In this document: positions 48,127 through 58,780 of the stretch, in pieces
Numbering within the stretch: position 1 is the first letter of the stretch
Layout: each line of letters starts with the position of its first letter
Assembly: GCA_050251945.1 (NCBI GenBank)
Contig: JBFWLW010000001.1
Coordinates: 160,001-224,000, forward strand
Direction of reading: 5' to 3'
Length of the DNA: 64,000 nt
Source of the DNA: Deferribacterales bacterium
Lineage (GTDB): Bacteria > Chrysiogenota > Deferribacteres > Deferribacterales > Geovibrionaceae
Position numbers and translations under genes: made by a program
The notes under the pieces: generated by a model
Told to the model about the DNA's origin: nothing
The model's database searches: none
What the model saw: the letters and a program-made list of their open reading frames with translations, nothing else

Positions 48127-49466
48127 AACTGAAATTTCACTCTGAAAAGCTGACCGTATCTGTAAAGCGTCATTACGGTTTCTGTTCCCATGTTATCCAT
48201 TATATAGCTGTTCAGGTGGTTTATATCCTTTATTTCAGTGTCGTTTATAGCGACCAGAACGTCGCCTTCGTGTACAGTATCAGCTATTCCGGTGGAAGCT
48301 ACGGTCAGATAGTCTTCTTTCTGCGTGAATGTCAGCCCGTATATGTTGCGCAGAACGCTAAGTCCGTAATTATTAGGGTAGCTTGTCAGAAGTATCTGCC
48401 CTTTAAATGTCTTCGTACCGCGTTCAACAACAACCTGAACTGCGGAGCCGGGGGGATAGCTTCTGAGCATGTTGCTCATGGCAAGTATTGATGAAACCGG
48501 AAGTCCGTTCACCTGCAATATTCTGTCGCCGGATCTCATGCCGATGCCCTCAGCGTTGGAGCCTTTTTCCACGCGAGTCACGATGAGGCTTATGCTGTTT
48601 TTGTCCTTGACCTCTTTTGCGGTGAATCCCATGTATCCTGCAGTTACCTTTCCGCTTTTAAGAATTTCCGGCAGAACGCGAACCGCCGTGTTTATGGGGA
48701 TTGAGAAACCGATGCCCTGAGCCTCCTGAACAACTGCGGAGTTGATACCGATTACCTCTCCGTCAAGGTTTATCAGAGGACCGCCGGAATTGCCGGGGTT
48801 GATGAGCGCGTCGGTCTGTATGTAAAGTGAGTATCCGTTGCCGATATTGAGTATGCGTTTTACTGAACTTACAACGCCAGTAGTTATGGAGCTGTTAAGT
48901 CCGTAAGGGTTGCCCATAGCTATAACGGTTTCGCCGAGCATTGCACCGTCGCTGTTGCCTATTTTGACAGCGGGGAATTTTCCCGCGGTGATTATTTTAA
49001 GCACTGCAATGTCGAGTATCTTGTCGCCGCCGACCAGACGCGCTTCATAGCTTTTGTTATCTGTTGTTATTACATATATCTTTGTGGCGGATTCAATGAC
49101 GTGGTAGTTTGTTATGATGGTTCCGTCTGTGCGGACTATAAAACCCGAGCCGAGACTTTGGGTCTTGTATGTTCTGTCGTATCCGAAAAAGTCGTTAAGG
49201 TAGTTTTCGCCATGGGGTGTTTCCTGTCCGAAAGGTCCCACGGATGTGCGCACCAGCTTTTCTGTCCTGATGTTTACGACGGAATTTTCTATGTTTTTAA
49301 CGGCTGCGACAACAGGTGAATATCTGTTGCTGCCCTCTTTGGGCGGTGCCGTAGCTTCCGTCTGCTGCGCTGCCGCATCCTGCGGAGTTTGCTGATCCTG
49401 TTTTTTCTCCTCCCCGCATCCGAATATCATAAGGATCATGGCAATGAACAGTAGTAACTTTTTCAT
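48123..49466 (-). CDS. HtrA/DegP-family serine protease with PDZ domains (lipoprotein)
   Basis: GSGFI, TNYHV, DIAVL, QTDALINPGNSGGPL; lipobox IFGC. Confidence 0.92.
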   Translation of the reverse strand: MKKLLLFIAMILMIFGCGEEKKQDQQTPQDAAAQQTEATAPPKEGSNRYSPVVAAVKNIENSVVNIRTEKLVRTSVGPFGQETPHGENYLNDFFGYDRTYKTQSLGSGFIVRTDGTIITNYHVIESATKIYVITTDNKSYEARLVGGDKILDIAVLKIITAGKFPAVKIGNSDGAMLGETVIAMGNPYGLNSSITTGVVSSVKRILNIGNGYSLYIQTDALINPGNSGGPLINLDGEVIGINSAVVQEAQGIGFSIPINTAVRVLPEILKSGKVTAGYMGFTAKEVKDKNSISLIVTRVEKGSNAEGIGMRSGDRILQVNGLPVSSILAMSNMLRSYPPGSAVQVVVERGTKTFKGQILLTSYPNNYGLSVLRNIYGLTFTQKEDYLTVASTGIADTVHEGDVLVAINDTEIKDINHLNSYIMDNMGTETVMTLYRYGQLFRVKFQF

Positions 49467-49540
49467 ATAACGCCCTTCATTTTTTTGATTATCTAAAGAA
49501 TATATTTGAACAGGCGGATTAATTCAAGTATTCTGTTTAA

Positions 49541-51316
49541 ATGTCTGTTAAACACTTTTTTGAGGCGGGAGGCGAGCTTGAAAAAGCTCTCCCCAGATAT
49601 CGCAAACGACAGGCGCAGATAGACGCCTCAGAATTTATTTATTCATCTATGGAAAGCCGTGTCCCGGCTGTTCTGGAAGCCCCTACGGGTTCCGGAAAGA
49701 CCATGGCGTACCTTGTTCCCTCCTTCGAGCTGAACAGGCGAATCATAATTTCCACCAAAACGAAACAGCTGATGTCGCAGATAGCCGGAAAGGACATCAA
49801 TTCCGCCCGCAGGATATTCGGAGACGATAAATACGTTGCCGTTCTTAAGGGGCGCAAGAACTATTTCTGTCATTTCCGCTTTTTCAAACTGCTGTATCCG
49901 CACCCGGGAAAATACGAAAAGGTTATGGAATGGTACGAGTCCGTCGCCAGACAGGAGATAATAGAAATGCCTGTCGGGCTTTTCAACATGGCAGAGATAG
50001 AGAATATGACCACTGATTCGTGGATGTGCACAGCGTCCAAATGCGAATTCTATGATATCTGCTCATTTTACCGCGCAAAACAGAACGCCAACGATGCGGA
50101 TATCGTTATCACTAATCACTATCTGCTTATGAGTGATTTTGCTTTGAAAGCCGAGAGCGAACATGCAAGCATCTTTGATTTTGCAGATCATATAATAATG
50201 GACGAGGCGCACTCAATACCCGATATATTTCCCAGATTTGCAGGAACTGAGCTTTCTCTGCGCAGTTTTCTGCGCGTGATGAACGAAAATCGTCCGGTAT
50301 TTGACCCGCGCGAGATAGAAATAACCGCAGGGATGCTTTCAGGACTGCTTGAAGATATAACGGAGCGCCGCTATACATCTGAGATAAAAGACAGGCTGCT
50401 CGGCTATATCGGGTTTGCCAACAAGGCGATAGGCGAAAAAGACGTTGACGACCTGAAACAGATAAGCAAACGCCTGAACGAGAAGGCGGAGAGCGTTCTC
50501 GGCGATGGTGACGGCGTGCGGTTTGCCGATACGGAGCGTGGCGATATCATTTTGCAGTATATTCCGTTCGATGCATCTGAAAAACTGCGTGAGGGATTGA
50601 AAAATTCGTGTCTGTCACCTGTATTTGTCAGTGCAACTCTTTCCGTTAAAGGCAGTTTTGAATATTTTCTTAATGAAACCGGATATTCAGAGGACGAGGT
50701 TCAGGCGAGGAGCCTTGAGCCTGTTTTCAACATGAGCGAACAGGGCAGGCTGTTGGTTAAGGATTGCGACGACGCATTCTATGAGGAGCTGGCTCTCAAG
50801 GCGAAAGGCTCTGTTCTTGTCATATGCAACAGTGTTTCCCGTATGCATAAAGTTACGAAATTATTGAAAAATATCATACCCGAAAGGGTTTTCGCTCAGA
50901 CAGAGATAGATATCAGCGATACGGAAGGACTTACAGATGCTTTCTTTGTCGGGTGCGCCGTCTTTCGCGAGGGTATGGATTTTGCACATACGGGCATCTC
51001 ATTTGTCGTGCTTGATAAGCTTCCGTTTGAATACTTTGAAGACATAGTTCTTAAAGAACGCGCCGCGTCTTTGAAAAATAAAGGGCTTGACCCTTTTAAA
51101 GACTATTTTTTACCACGGGCTGTGATATACTATCGACAGGCAGTTGGAAGACTGCTTCGTCACGAGGATGATCACGGAGTCTGGGCTATTCTGGACAGCC
51201 GTATCGAGACCAAAAATTATGGAAAGTATTTCCGTGATGTGTTAAATAATGTACCGAAGATAGATTCAATTGATGATGCGGTTCGTTTTCTGGAGGTTGC
51301 TGATGAAACGGATTAA
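49541..51316 (+). CDS. ATP-dependent DNA helicase, DinG/YoaA family
   Basis: EAPTGSGKT, KGR.NY.C, Fe-S cysteines, MDEAH, SATL, EGMD, QAVGRLLR. Confidence 0.9.
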   Translation: MSVKHFFEAGGELEKALPRYRKRQAQIDASEFIYSSMESRVPAVLEAPTGSGKTMAYLVPSFELNRRIIISTKTKQLMSQIAGKDINSARRIFGDDKYVAVLKGRKNYFCHFRFFKLLYPHPGKYEKVMEWYESVARQEIIEMPVGLFNMAEIENMTTDSWMCTASKCEFYDICSFYRAKQNANDADIVITNHYLLMSDFALKAESEHASIFDFADHIIMDEAHSIPDIFPRFAGTELSLRSFLRVMNENRPVFDPREIEITAGMLSGLLEDITERRYTSEIKDRLLGYIGFANKAIGEKDVDDLKQISKRLNEKAESVLGDGDGVRFADTERGDIILQYIPFDASEKLREGLKNSCLSPVFVSATLSVKGSFEYFLNETGYSEDEVQARSLEPVFNMSEQGRLLVKDCDDAFYEELALKAKGSVLVICNSVSRMHKVTKLLKNIIPERVFAQTEIDISDTEGLTDAFFVGCAVFREGMDFAHTGISFVVLDKLPFEYFEDIVLKERAASLKNKGLDPFKDYFLPRAVIYYRQAVGRLLRHEDDHGVWAILDSRIETKNYGKYFRDVLNNVPKIDSIDDAVRFLEVADETD

Positions 51317-52661
51317 AGTCGATTATAACTACGTCATGGACAAATTTGTTGCAGGCGGACTCAGCGAGGAAAAACTCGATGAGTACAAAGAGAAGGCAAA
51401 GCTTGGGCTTTCACGTCTGCTTCGCATGTCCGATGACGGTCAGGCGGGATTCATCGGACTGCCGGAACAGAACCTTGCACCCATCAAGAAATTCGCCAAA
51501 GAGATAAGCGGTAAGTTCAACGACCTTATAGTTATAGGCATCGGCGGCAGCTCACTCGGTGTAGAGACCGTATGCAATGCAATGCTGCCCTTTGGGTATA
51601 ATGCACGTTCGTTTGCAGAACGCGGCTGTTTTCCCCGCGTTTGGGTGGCTGATAACGTTGACCCCACAAAGATAAGCTCAATTCTTTCAGAATGTCAGCC
51701 GGAGGATACTTTTGTATGCATCATAACGAAATCCGGCAGTACGGTTGAAACTGCGGCAAACTTCGGCATAATCTACGAATGGCTTATGGCAAAGGTCAAA
51801 AATCCGAAAAAACAGATATGTGCCATCACTGATCCGGAAAAGGGCGCTCTGCGCGCCATGGCAAACGAAAAAGGTTTCGTGTCGTTCGATGTTCAACCCA
51901 ACGTGGGCGGACGTTTCAGCGTTCTGTCGCCTGTGGGGCTGATTCCTGCGGCAATATTGGGGCTTGATATTGACAAGCTGCTGGAAGGCGCTATGTCAGT
52001 TCATAAAGACAACTACGAACAGATACTTACACTGTCCGCTATATATATGTATTTCATGGATATGGGCAAAAACATAAACGTTATGATGCCTTATTCTTCA
52101 AGACTTGTCTCTTTTGCCGACTGGTACTGCCAGCTTTGGGGCGAGAGCCTTGGCAAAAGCAGAACAATAGACGGAAAAGAAATCGCTTTCGGCACAACTC
52201 CTGTCCGCGCGACCGGAACAATAGATCAGCATTCTCAGGTTCAGCTTTACAAAGAGGGACCCAACGATAAGGTCTTCACATTTATAGAGGTTCTGAACCA
52301 CGACAAGGACAGAAAGATAACTTCTCCATATGAAGCGTACGATTACCTGAACGGTCACGGTATGGGAAACCTCTGCAATATTGAACTTAAAGGAACGGAG
52401 GCGGCTCTTAAAAATGCCGGCAAACCTTCCGTTAAGATATCTCTCGATCTCGTTGACGAATTTACGATAGGCGGACTTTTTATGATATGGCAGTATATTG
52501 TCCCTGTGATAGGTCTCGCCTGTGACATAGATCCCTTCGACCAGCCCGGGGTGGAAGAGGGAAAAGACTACGCATACGCGCTTCTGGGCAGAAAAGGCTA
52601 CGACGCTACCAAAGCAAAATTCACGGAGATTTACAAAAAACAGGATGATTTTATCGTTTGA
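51303..52661 (+). CDS. pgi: Glucose-6-phosphate isomerase
   Basis: IGIGGSSLG, KSGSTVET, VGGRFSV, QLWGESLGK, DQHS..Q, FDQPGVE.GK; GGAGG RBS. Confidence 0.95.
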   Translation: MKRIKVDYNYVMDKFVAGGLSEEKLDEYKEKAKLGLSRLLRMSDDGQAGFIGLPEQNLAPIKKFAKEISGKFNDLIVIGIGGSSLGVETVCNAMLPFGYNARSFAERGCFPRVWVADNVDPTKISSILSECQPEDTFVCIITKSGSTVETAANFGIIYEWLMAKVKNPKKQICAITDPEKGALRAMANEKGFVSFDVQPNVGGRFSVLSPVGLIPAAILGLDIDKLLEGAMSVHKDNYEQILTLSAIYMYFMDMGKNINVMMPYSSRLVSFADWYCQLWGESLGKSRTIDGKEIAFGTTPVRATGTIDQHSQVQLYKEGPNDKVFTFIEVLNHDKDRKITSPYEAYDYLNGHGMGNLCNIELKGTEAALKNAGKPSVKISLDLVDEFTIGGLFMIWQYIVPVIGLACDIDPFDQPGVEEGKDYAYALLGRKGYDATKAKFTEIYKKQDDFIV

Positions 52662-53880
52662 GAAAAAGCTGTCTGCAAGACTTGGTGAACTGAACGGTAA
52701 AAAACTGCTGGTGGCGCTCTCCGGCGGCAAGGATTCGGTGTCTCTGCTGCACTTTCTTAAAAAGAATGAAGGAATAAAGAGTTATCAGATAGCCGCGTGT
52801 CATGTTAACCACATGTACAGAAAGACCGCGTGGTGGGACGAGAAGTTCTGCTCTGACTATTGTAGAAAACTGTCAATACCGTTCATATCATACAGGTGCG
52901 ACGTTCCCAGATACTGTGCCGTGAAAAAGCTTAGTTTTGAACACGGCGCAAGAGTTATTCGCTACAGAGCGCTGCAAGGTGCGGCGGTTCATTTCGGCTC
53001 CGACCTGATACTTACGGCGCATACGAAAGACGATGTTGTCGAAACGTTCTTCATTCAGGCGGTGCAGGGAGCGTCCGCGTTCTCCCTGAAAGGTATAAAC
53101 GATCGGGACGGTCAGCTTTGCAGACTGATGCTGGACATTTCCTCCGAAGAAATTTATGAGTACCTGAACAAATATGGCATTGCCTATGTCATTGATGAGA
53201 CCAATAATGATGAGAAATATCTTCGCAACTTCATCCGTAAAAACATAACGGCGAAGCTGGCAGAGTTCAGAAAAGGATACGAAGACAACATTGTCTCTAT
53301 TATGAAAGACAATATCAGGTTCGATAACTATTTGGCGGACAAGCTCGAACCGCTGATAGAAAAGGCGGAGACAGATGTTTTGGCTGTCCGGACAAGTGTT
53401 TTCGGCGGGCTTTCCGAGCTGGAGCAGGAATATGTCCTGCATCGGATGGCTTCTAAATGTTTCCGGTTCGAGCGCAGGCATCTTATTGAGATGCAGAAAA
53501 TACTGGACAACGAATTTTCCGTGCGCGGCGATATGCCCGACGGATTTAAATTTGAAAAGAGCGACAAATACTTAAGATTGTTCCATGGCAGAAACGTAGC
53601 CCCTTTTGAGATACATAAACCTGCCGGAGCGGACAGAGTTGTCGTCCCGCAGACTGGAAAAGAACTCCGGTTCGCAGATAAATGGAAAGAAAAGGAACTT
53701 CTGATACGCAACAGGCGTGTCGGCGACAGAATAAAGATGAAAAAGGTCAAAGATGTCTTCATAGACAGGAAGCTTGACCTCTACACAAGGGATACCGCAC
53801 TAATAATTCTTGAAAAAAATGTGATCGTATGGGTTGAAAATATCTCACATGATGGTACTATAACCCTTTATGTGAAATGA
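52645..53880 (+). CDS. tilS: tRNA(Ile)-lysidine synthase
   Basis: ALSGGKDS, HVNH, AR..RY, TAH..DD..ET, D.TN, RN.IR; precedes hpt-ftsH. Confidence 0.93.
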   Translation: MILSFEKKLSARLGELNGKKLLVALSGGKDSVSLLHFLKKNEGIKSYQIAACHVNHMYRKTAWWDEKFCSDYCRKLSIPFISYRCDVPRYCAVKKLSFEHGARVIRYRALQGAAVHFGSDLILTAHTKDDVVETFFIQAVQGASAFSLKGINDRDGQLCRLMLDISSEEIYEYLNKYGIAYVIDETNNDEKYLRNFIRKNITAKLAEFRKGYEDNIVSIMKDNIRFDNYLADKLEPLIEKAETDVLAVRTSVFGGLSELEQEYVLHRMASKCFRFERRHLIEMQKILDNEFSVRGDMPDGFKFEKSDKYLRLFHGRNVAPFEIHKPAGADRVVVPQTGKELRFADKWKEKELLIRNRRVGDRIKMKKVKDVFIDRKLDLYTRDTALIILEKNVIVWVENISHDGTITLYVK

Positions 53881-53890
53881 TACGGGGGAG

Positions 53891-54427
53891 ATGGATTTGA
53901 AACCGCACATTCTTAAAGAGATGCTGAGTGAAGAAGTGATAAAAAAGAGGGTCGCAGAGCTTGGAAAGCAGATTAGCGCCGATTACGCGGACAAGAATGT
54001 TCTTGCCGTGGGTGTGCTTAAAGGCTCTGTCATTTTTATGTCAGACCTTGTCAGGGAGATGGAAGGTTCCAACGTTGAGATAGGTTTCCTCGCTGTTTCA
54101 AGCTATAAAGGAACCGATACTTCCGGAAGCGTGAGACTTCTCTTTGACCTCGACAAACCTCTTGAAGATACACATGTGCTGATAGTCGAAGATATACTGG
54201 ATACGGGAAACACTTTGTCATATCTTACAAACATGTTGACTCTGCGTAACCCCGCGTCTATGAAGCTGGTTGCTCTTCTGGACAAGCCGGAAAGGCGTAA
54301 AGCGCAGATAACCCTTGACTACAGAGGGTTTGAAATACCTGACAGGTTCGTTGTAGGCTACGGACTTGATTACGATGGATATTACAGGAATTTAAAAAAT
54401 ATATGCACGGTCGAATTTACCGACTGA
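53891..54427 (+). CDS. hpt: Hypoxanthine phosphoribosyltransferase
   Basis: VLKGS..F..DL, SSY, LIVEDILDTG.TL, FVVGYGLD. Confidence 0.96.
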   Translation: MDLKPHILKEMLSEEVIKKRVAELGKQISADYADKNVLAVGVLKGSVIFMSDLVREMEGSNVEIGFLAVSSYKGTDTSGSVRLLFDLDKPLEDTHVLIVEDILDTGNTLSYLTNMLTLRNPASMKLVALLDKPERRKAQITLDYRGFEIPDRFVVGYGLDYDGYYRNLKNICTVEFTD

Positions 54428-54447
54428 TGACTGGAGAAAGGTGATTA

Positions 54448-56280
54448 ATGAATAACGGATTTTACAAAAATCTGGCTTTGTGGCTGGTGATCGCTTTCAT
54501 CATGGTGTTTCTGTTCAACGTGATAAGCGGCACACAGGCGGTCAAAAAAAATGTCAACTACTCTGAGTTTATGACTCAGGTGGCTGCAAATAAGGTTAAG
54601 ACCGTCATCATAAAGCAGAACAAAATTGATGGTACATTCGTTGACGGCGGACAGTTTGAATCATACTCGCCGGACGACATTGACCTTATAAAGACGCTCA
54701 GAGAACACAAGGTGGAGATAACAGCTCAGCCGCCCGACAAAAGCCCATGGTATATGCAGGTTCTTGTTTCGTGGCTGCCTATGATAATACTCATAGGTAT
54801 ATGGATATTCTTCATGCGTCAGATGCAGGGCGGAGCCGGAGGCAAGGCTTTCAGCTTCGGAAAATCTAAAGCGAAACTGCTTACGCAGGATCAGCATAAA
54901 GTTACTTTCAAAGACGTTGCAGGTATCGAAGAAGCAAAGGAGGAGCTTGAGGAGATCATTGATTTCCTTAAAGATCCGCAGAAATTTCAGAGGCTTGGCG
55001 GAAAAATTCCCAAAGGCGTTCTGCTTGTGGGTCCTCCCGGAACGGGCAAGACACTGCTTGCCAGAGCCGTTGCAGGTGAGGCCGGTGTCCCTTTCTTCTC
55101 CATATCCGGTTCCGATTTCGTTGAAATGTTTGTCGGCGTTGGTGCGGCTCGTGTACGCGACCTTTTCGAGCAGGGTAAAAAGAATGCACCCTGTATAATC
55201 TTCGTCGATGAGATAGACGCAGTGGGTCGCCACAGAGGCGCAGGTCTCGGCGGCGGACACGATGAGAGAGAGCAGACCCTTAACCAGATGCTGGTTGAAA
55301 TGGACGGTTTCGAGTCAAATGAAGGCGTTATCATGATAGCCGCAACAAACAGACCGGACGTTCTTGACCCTGCTCTGCTTCGTCCCGGACGTTTCGACCG
55401 TCAGGTTGTCGTCCCCAGACCCGATATGCACGGAAGACTTGAGATACTCAACGTCCACTCATCAAAAGTGAAGCTGGAAGAGGGAATAAACCTTGAGGTT
55501 ATCGCGAAAGGCACTCCCGGCTTTGCAGGTGCGGATCTTGCGAACCTTGTCAACGAAGCGGCGCTCATAGCCGCCCGCAAAAACAAAGAGGCCGTTCAGA
55601 TGGCTGACTTTGAAGAGGCGAAAGATAAGGTCATCATGGGTAAAGAACGCAGAAGCATGGTTATCAACGATAAAGAGAAAGAGAATACGGCTTATCACGA
55701 GGCAGGACACGCTATCGTGGCTAAATTTATCCTCGAAGCTGACCCGGTGCATAAAGTGAGCATCATCCCCAGAGGAATGGCGCTCGGCGTTACGACTCAG
55801 CTTCCCGTTGACGACAGACATATGTACACCAAGGAATACATGGAAGGTATGCTTGCCGTTCTTATGGGCGGACGCGTTGCGGAAGAGGTCATTTTTGACA
55901 GGCTTTCCACAGGCGCGGGAAACGACATCGAAAGGGCAACCGACATATCCAGAAAAATGGTGTGTTCATGGGGTATGAGCAAAAAAATGGGTCCCCTTGC
56001 GTACGGTAAAAAAGAGGAGCAGGTCTTCCTCGGCAAGGAGATCGGACACGCGAAAGACTACAGCGAGACAACTGCAATAGCTATCGACGACGAAGTGAAA
56101 GCATTTGTAATGGACGGATATAACAGAGCCAGAAGGATTCTGGAAGACAACACTGAACTGCTTCACCGCACGGCGAAGCTTCTTCTTGAGAAAGAGACCA
56201 TCGACGGAAATGAGATAGACACTCTTCTCAAAGAACTTGAAGGCGAAACTGTCGTTCCGGTGGAAACGACTGTTGTCTAA
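54448..56280 (+). CDS. ftsH: ATP-dependent zinc metalloprotease FtsH
   Basis: Two TM segments, [23 protein letters not shown]. Confidence 0.98.
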   Translation: MNNGFYKNLALWLVIAFIMVFLFNVISGTQAVKKNVNYSEFMTQVAANKVKTVIIKQNKIDGTFVDGGQFESYSPDDIDLIKTLREHKVEITAQPPDKSPWYMQVLVSWLPMIILIGIWIFFMRQMQGGAGGKAFSFGKSKAKLLTQDQHKVTFKDVAGIEEAKEELEEIIDFLKDPQKFQRLGGKIPKGVLLVGPPGTGKTLLARAVAGEAGVPFFSISGSDFVEMFVGVGAARVRDLFEQGKKNAPCIIFVDEIDAVGRHRGAGLGGGHDEREQTLNQMLVEMDGFESNEGVIMIAATNRPDVLDPALLRPGRFDRQVVVPRPDMHGRLEILNVHSSKVKLEEGINLEVIAKGTPGFAGADLANLVNEAALIAARKNKEAVQMADFEEAKDKVIMGKERRSMVINDKEKENTAYHEAGHAIVAKFILEADPVHKVSIIPRGMALGVTTQLPVDDRHMYTKEYMEGMLAVLMGGRVAEEVIFDRLSTGAGNDIERATDISRKMVCSWGMSKKMGPLAYGKKEEQVFLGKEIGHAKDYSETTAIAIDDEVKAFVMDGYNRARRILEDNTELLHRTAKLLLEKETIDGNEIDTLLKELEGETVVPVETTVV

Positions 56281-57115
56281 CGTTCTGACATCATCAAGGG
56301 GCGATATCTCGCTCGAATATCCTCTCCTTATGGGGATATTGAACGTGACGCCCGACTCTTTCAGCGACGGAGGCTCTTTTAACAGTGTCGACGGACTGGT
56401 GAGCAGAGTTGATGAGTTTCTGTTTCATAAGGTGGATATAGCCGATATCGGCGGAGAATCCACCAGACCCGGTTCCGACGGCGTAAGTATTGAAGAGGAA
56501 CTGAACAGGGTGCTTCCGGCGGTGGTTCACTGTGTCGGAAACGGTATATACGTTTCCGTTGACACTATGAAACCGCAGGTTGCGTACGAATCTTTGATGG
56601 CTGGCGCGGCGATGATAAACGATGTGTCCGGCTTCCGAAACCCTGATATGACAGCCGTATGCGCGGAATTCGGATGTTCGGTGTGTATCATGCATATGCT
56701 GGGCGAGCCGAGAACCATGCAGGAGAATCCTGAATACACTGACGTCGTTGAAGACATCAGACGATATCTGCTTGAAGCCGCTGAAAGATGCGTCAAAGCG
56801 GGTATTAAAGAGAGTTCCATATGCGTTGACCCGGGTTTCGGATTCGGGAAGACGCTTGAAGACAATTATAAACTGCTGGCAGGTCTTGAGTGGATCAAAT
56901 CTGCCGGTTTTCCCGTTCTGGCGGGCATTTCGCGCAAGTCCATGATAGGAAACGTCGTGAACAAACCGCCGCTGAAACGCCTTGCGGGATCCATAACAGC
57001 CCACACTGCGGCTGTTATGAACGGTGCGGATATCATTCGGACGCATGATATCGAAGAGACGGCAGATATGCTTAAGGTACTCAGGATGCTGAAAAAAGCG
57101 GGTGGCAAGTGTTAG
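56273..57115 (+). CDS. folP: Dihydropteroate synthase
   Basis: [41 protein letters not shown]; start uncertain (TTG 56273 or 56237). Confidence 0.95.
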   Translation: MSNVLTSSRGDISLEYPLLMGILNVTPDSFSDGGSFNSVDGLVSRVDEFLFHKVDIADIGGESTRPGSDGVSIEEELNRVLPAVVHCVGNGIYVSVDTMKPQVAYESLMAGAAMINDVSGFRNPDMTAVCAEFGCSVCIMHMLGEPRTMQENPEYTDVVEDIRRYLLEAAERCVKAGIKESSICVDPGFGFGKTLEDNYKLLAGLEWIKSAGFPVLAGISRKSMIGNVVNKPPLKRLAGSITAHTAAVMNGADIIRTHDIEETADMLKVLRMLKKAGGKC

Positions 57116-57894
57116 AGATAATCAAATCTATCGGATTGTTTGACATTATTGACATGGCGATCATAGCCATAGTTGTCTACAATCTCCTTCTGCTTATCAA
57201 AGGTACGAGGGCGCTCCCGATGCTCATGGGCATCATGCTTATCGTCATTGTCTCGTTTGCCGCAAGATATCTGGGACTTAAGACCACAAGCTGGGTTCTG
57301 GACAACTTTACAGGTTATCTGTTCATTATCATTGTGGTTCTCTTTCAGCAGGAGATACGCCGCGCACTCGCATTCATTGGTGAAACCAAAGTTTTCGGTA
57401 CGCAGGCTAAGGCTAAATCCGTTATTCTGGACGAGATAGTAAAAGCCGCGACTGTCCTTGCCAACAGGCAGATAGGAGCGCTTATCGTTCTCCAGCGCAA
57501 CACTGACCTTGAACACTTTCTGGACGATACCGGACAAAAGCTGGACTGCATCATATCCAGAGAGATACTTATAAGTATTTTTATTCCTTATTCCCCCCTG
57601 CACGATGGTGCGGTGATAATTTCCAACGGACGTATTTCCACCGCAGGCAGTATTTTGCCGCTCACGCGCAAGACAGACCTCGGAAAGAATTACGGGACAC
57701 GCCACAGGGCGGCTGTGGGTGTTACAGAGGAAACGGATGCCATCGCCATCGCTGTGAGCGAGGAGAAGGGTTCCATAACCGTTGCGCAAAACGGTGAGCT
57801 GAGCGAAGAACTGAACGCGGACAAGCTCAGAAAAATGCTGGATTCGATTTTCAATCAACAGGCAAAGAGCGTAAAGAAAAATGATAATAACTAA
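57109..57894 (+). CDS. cdaA: Diadenylate cyclase CdaA
   Basis: Three TM segments, FQQEIRRAL, LHDGA, GTRHRAA, VSEE.G. Confidence 0.94.
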   Translation: MLEIIKSIGLFDIIDMAIIAIVVYNLLLLIKGTRALPMLMGIMLIVIVSFAARYLGLKTTSWVLDNFTGYLFIIIVVLFQQEIRRALAFIGETKVFGTQAKAKSVILDEIVKAATVLANRQIGALIVLQRNTDLEHFLDDTGQKLDCIISREILISIFIPYSPLHDGAVIISNGRISTAGSILPLTRKTDLGKNYGTRHRAAVGVTEETDAIAIAVSEEKGSITVAQNGELSEELNADKLRKMLDSIFNQQAKSVKKNDNN

Positions 57895-58780
57895 CACACA
57901 CTTAAGAATTATCAGCGTTGTCCTTGCCATATGCCTCTGGCTTTATATAGTTACAGGAGAGTTTCAGGAGATTTCACTCTATGTGCCTGTTAAACTTACA
58001 AATATTCCCGAAGGGTCAGTAGCCGTTACCGATGAAAACCTCATAAACGTTATGGCGAAAGGCCCCAAGTTTCTCGTTAACAATAAGCAGTTCAATAAGG
58101 TGCAGATAGCTATAGACGTTTCAAAAATAGCATCCGGTACCAAGAGCGTATATATCAATCCGGAAGACGTGCAGATGCCTGCTGGCATAGAGGTTACGAA
58201 TATCCATCCCAAAACCATCGACGTGACTGTTGATTCACTGGTGAAAAAACAGATGAAGGTCACTCCGACGTTTGTGGGAGAGCCGATGCCCGGATATAAG
58301 ATAGGTTCGGTTGTCATTAAACCTGAAACTGTTGAGATAAACGCAGCTATGTCGAAGATAAAAGGGCTTAAATCAATTGAGACCATGCCGGTTAACCTTT
58401 CCGGTAAGAAAGACCCGATAACATACAGTATAGGTCTTAAGTTTTACGAGGGTATACAGAAGACAGCGCCTGAATTTGTCGAGGTCTTCGTTATGTTTAA
58501 AGAGGACATACAGCAGAAGATCTTTCACGAAATAGAGGTCACTCCTGTCGGACTTAAAAGAGGTATGGATGCAAAAATCACCGGTGAGCTGACGCTGACG
58601 GTCAGCGGACGGGCAGACCTCTTGAATGAGCAGACCATTGCGAACGTTCTGAATCCCCACGTCGACCTTTCCGATGTCGAAACAGGGGGAGTATACAAGA
58701 GAACGGTCGTATTCAATGATTCAAATATTTTAAAAGTAATTGATGTAAAACCCGCGCGTGTGCGGGTTGAGGTTGAATGA
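57881..58780 (+). CDS. cdaR: CdaR (YbbR-domain) regulator
   Basis: S..LA..LW.Y TM segment, repeated YbbR-like domains; between cdaA and glmM. Confidence 0.85.
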   Translation: MIITNTHLRIISVVLAICLWLYIVTGEFQEISLYVPVKLTNIPEGSVAVTDENLINVMAKGPKFLVNNKQFNKVQIAIDVSKIASGTKSVYINPEDVQMPAGIEVTNIHPKTIDVTVDSLVKKQMKVTPTFVGEPMPGYKIGSVVIKPETVEINAAMSKIKGLKSIETMPVNLSGKKDPITYSIGLKFYEGIQKTAPEFVEVFVMFKEDIQQKIFHEIEVTPVGLKRGMDAKITGELTLTVSGRADLLNEQTIANVLNPHVDLSDVETGGVYKRTVVFNDSNILKVIDVKPARVRVEVE

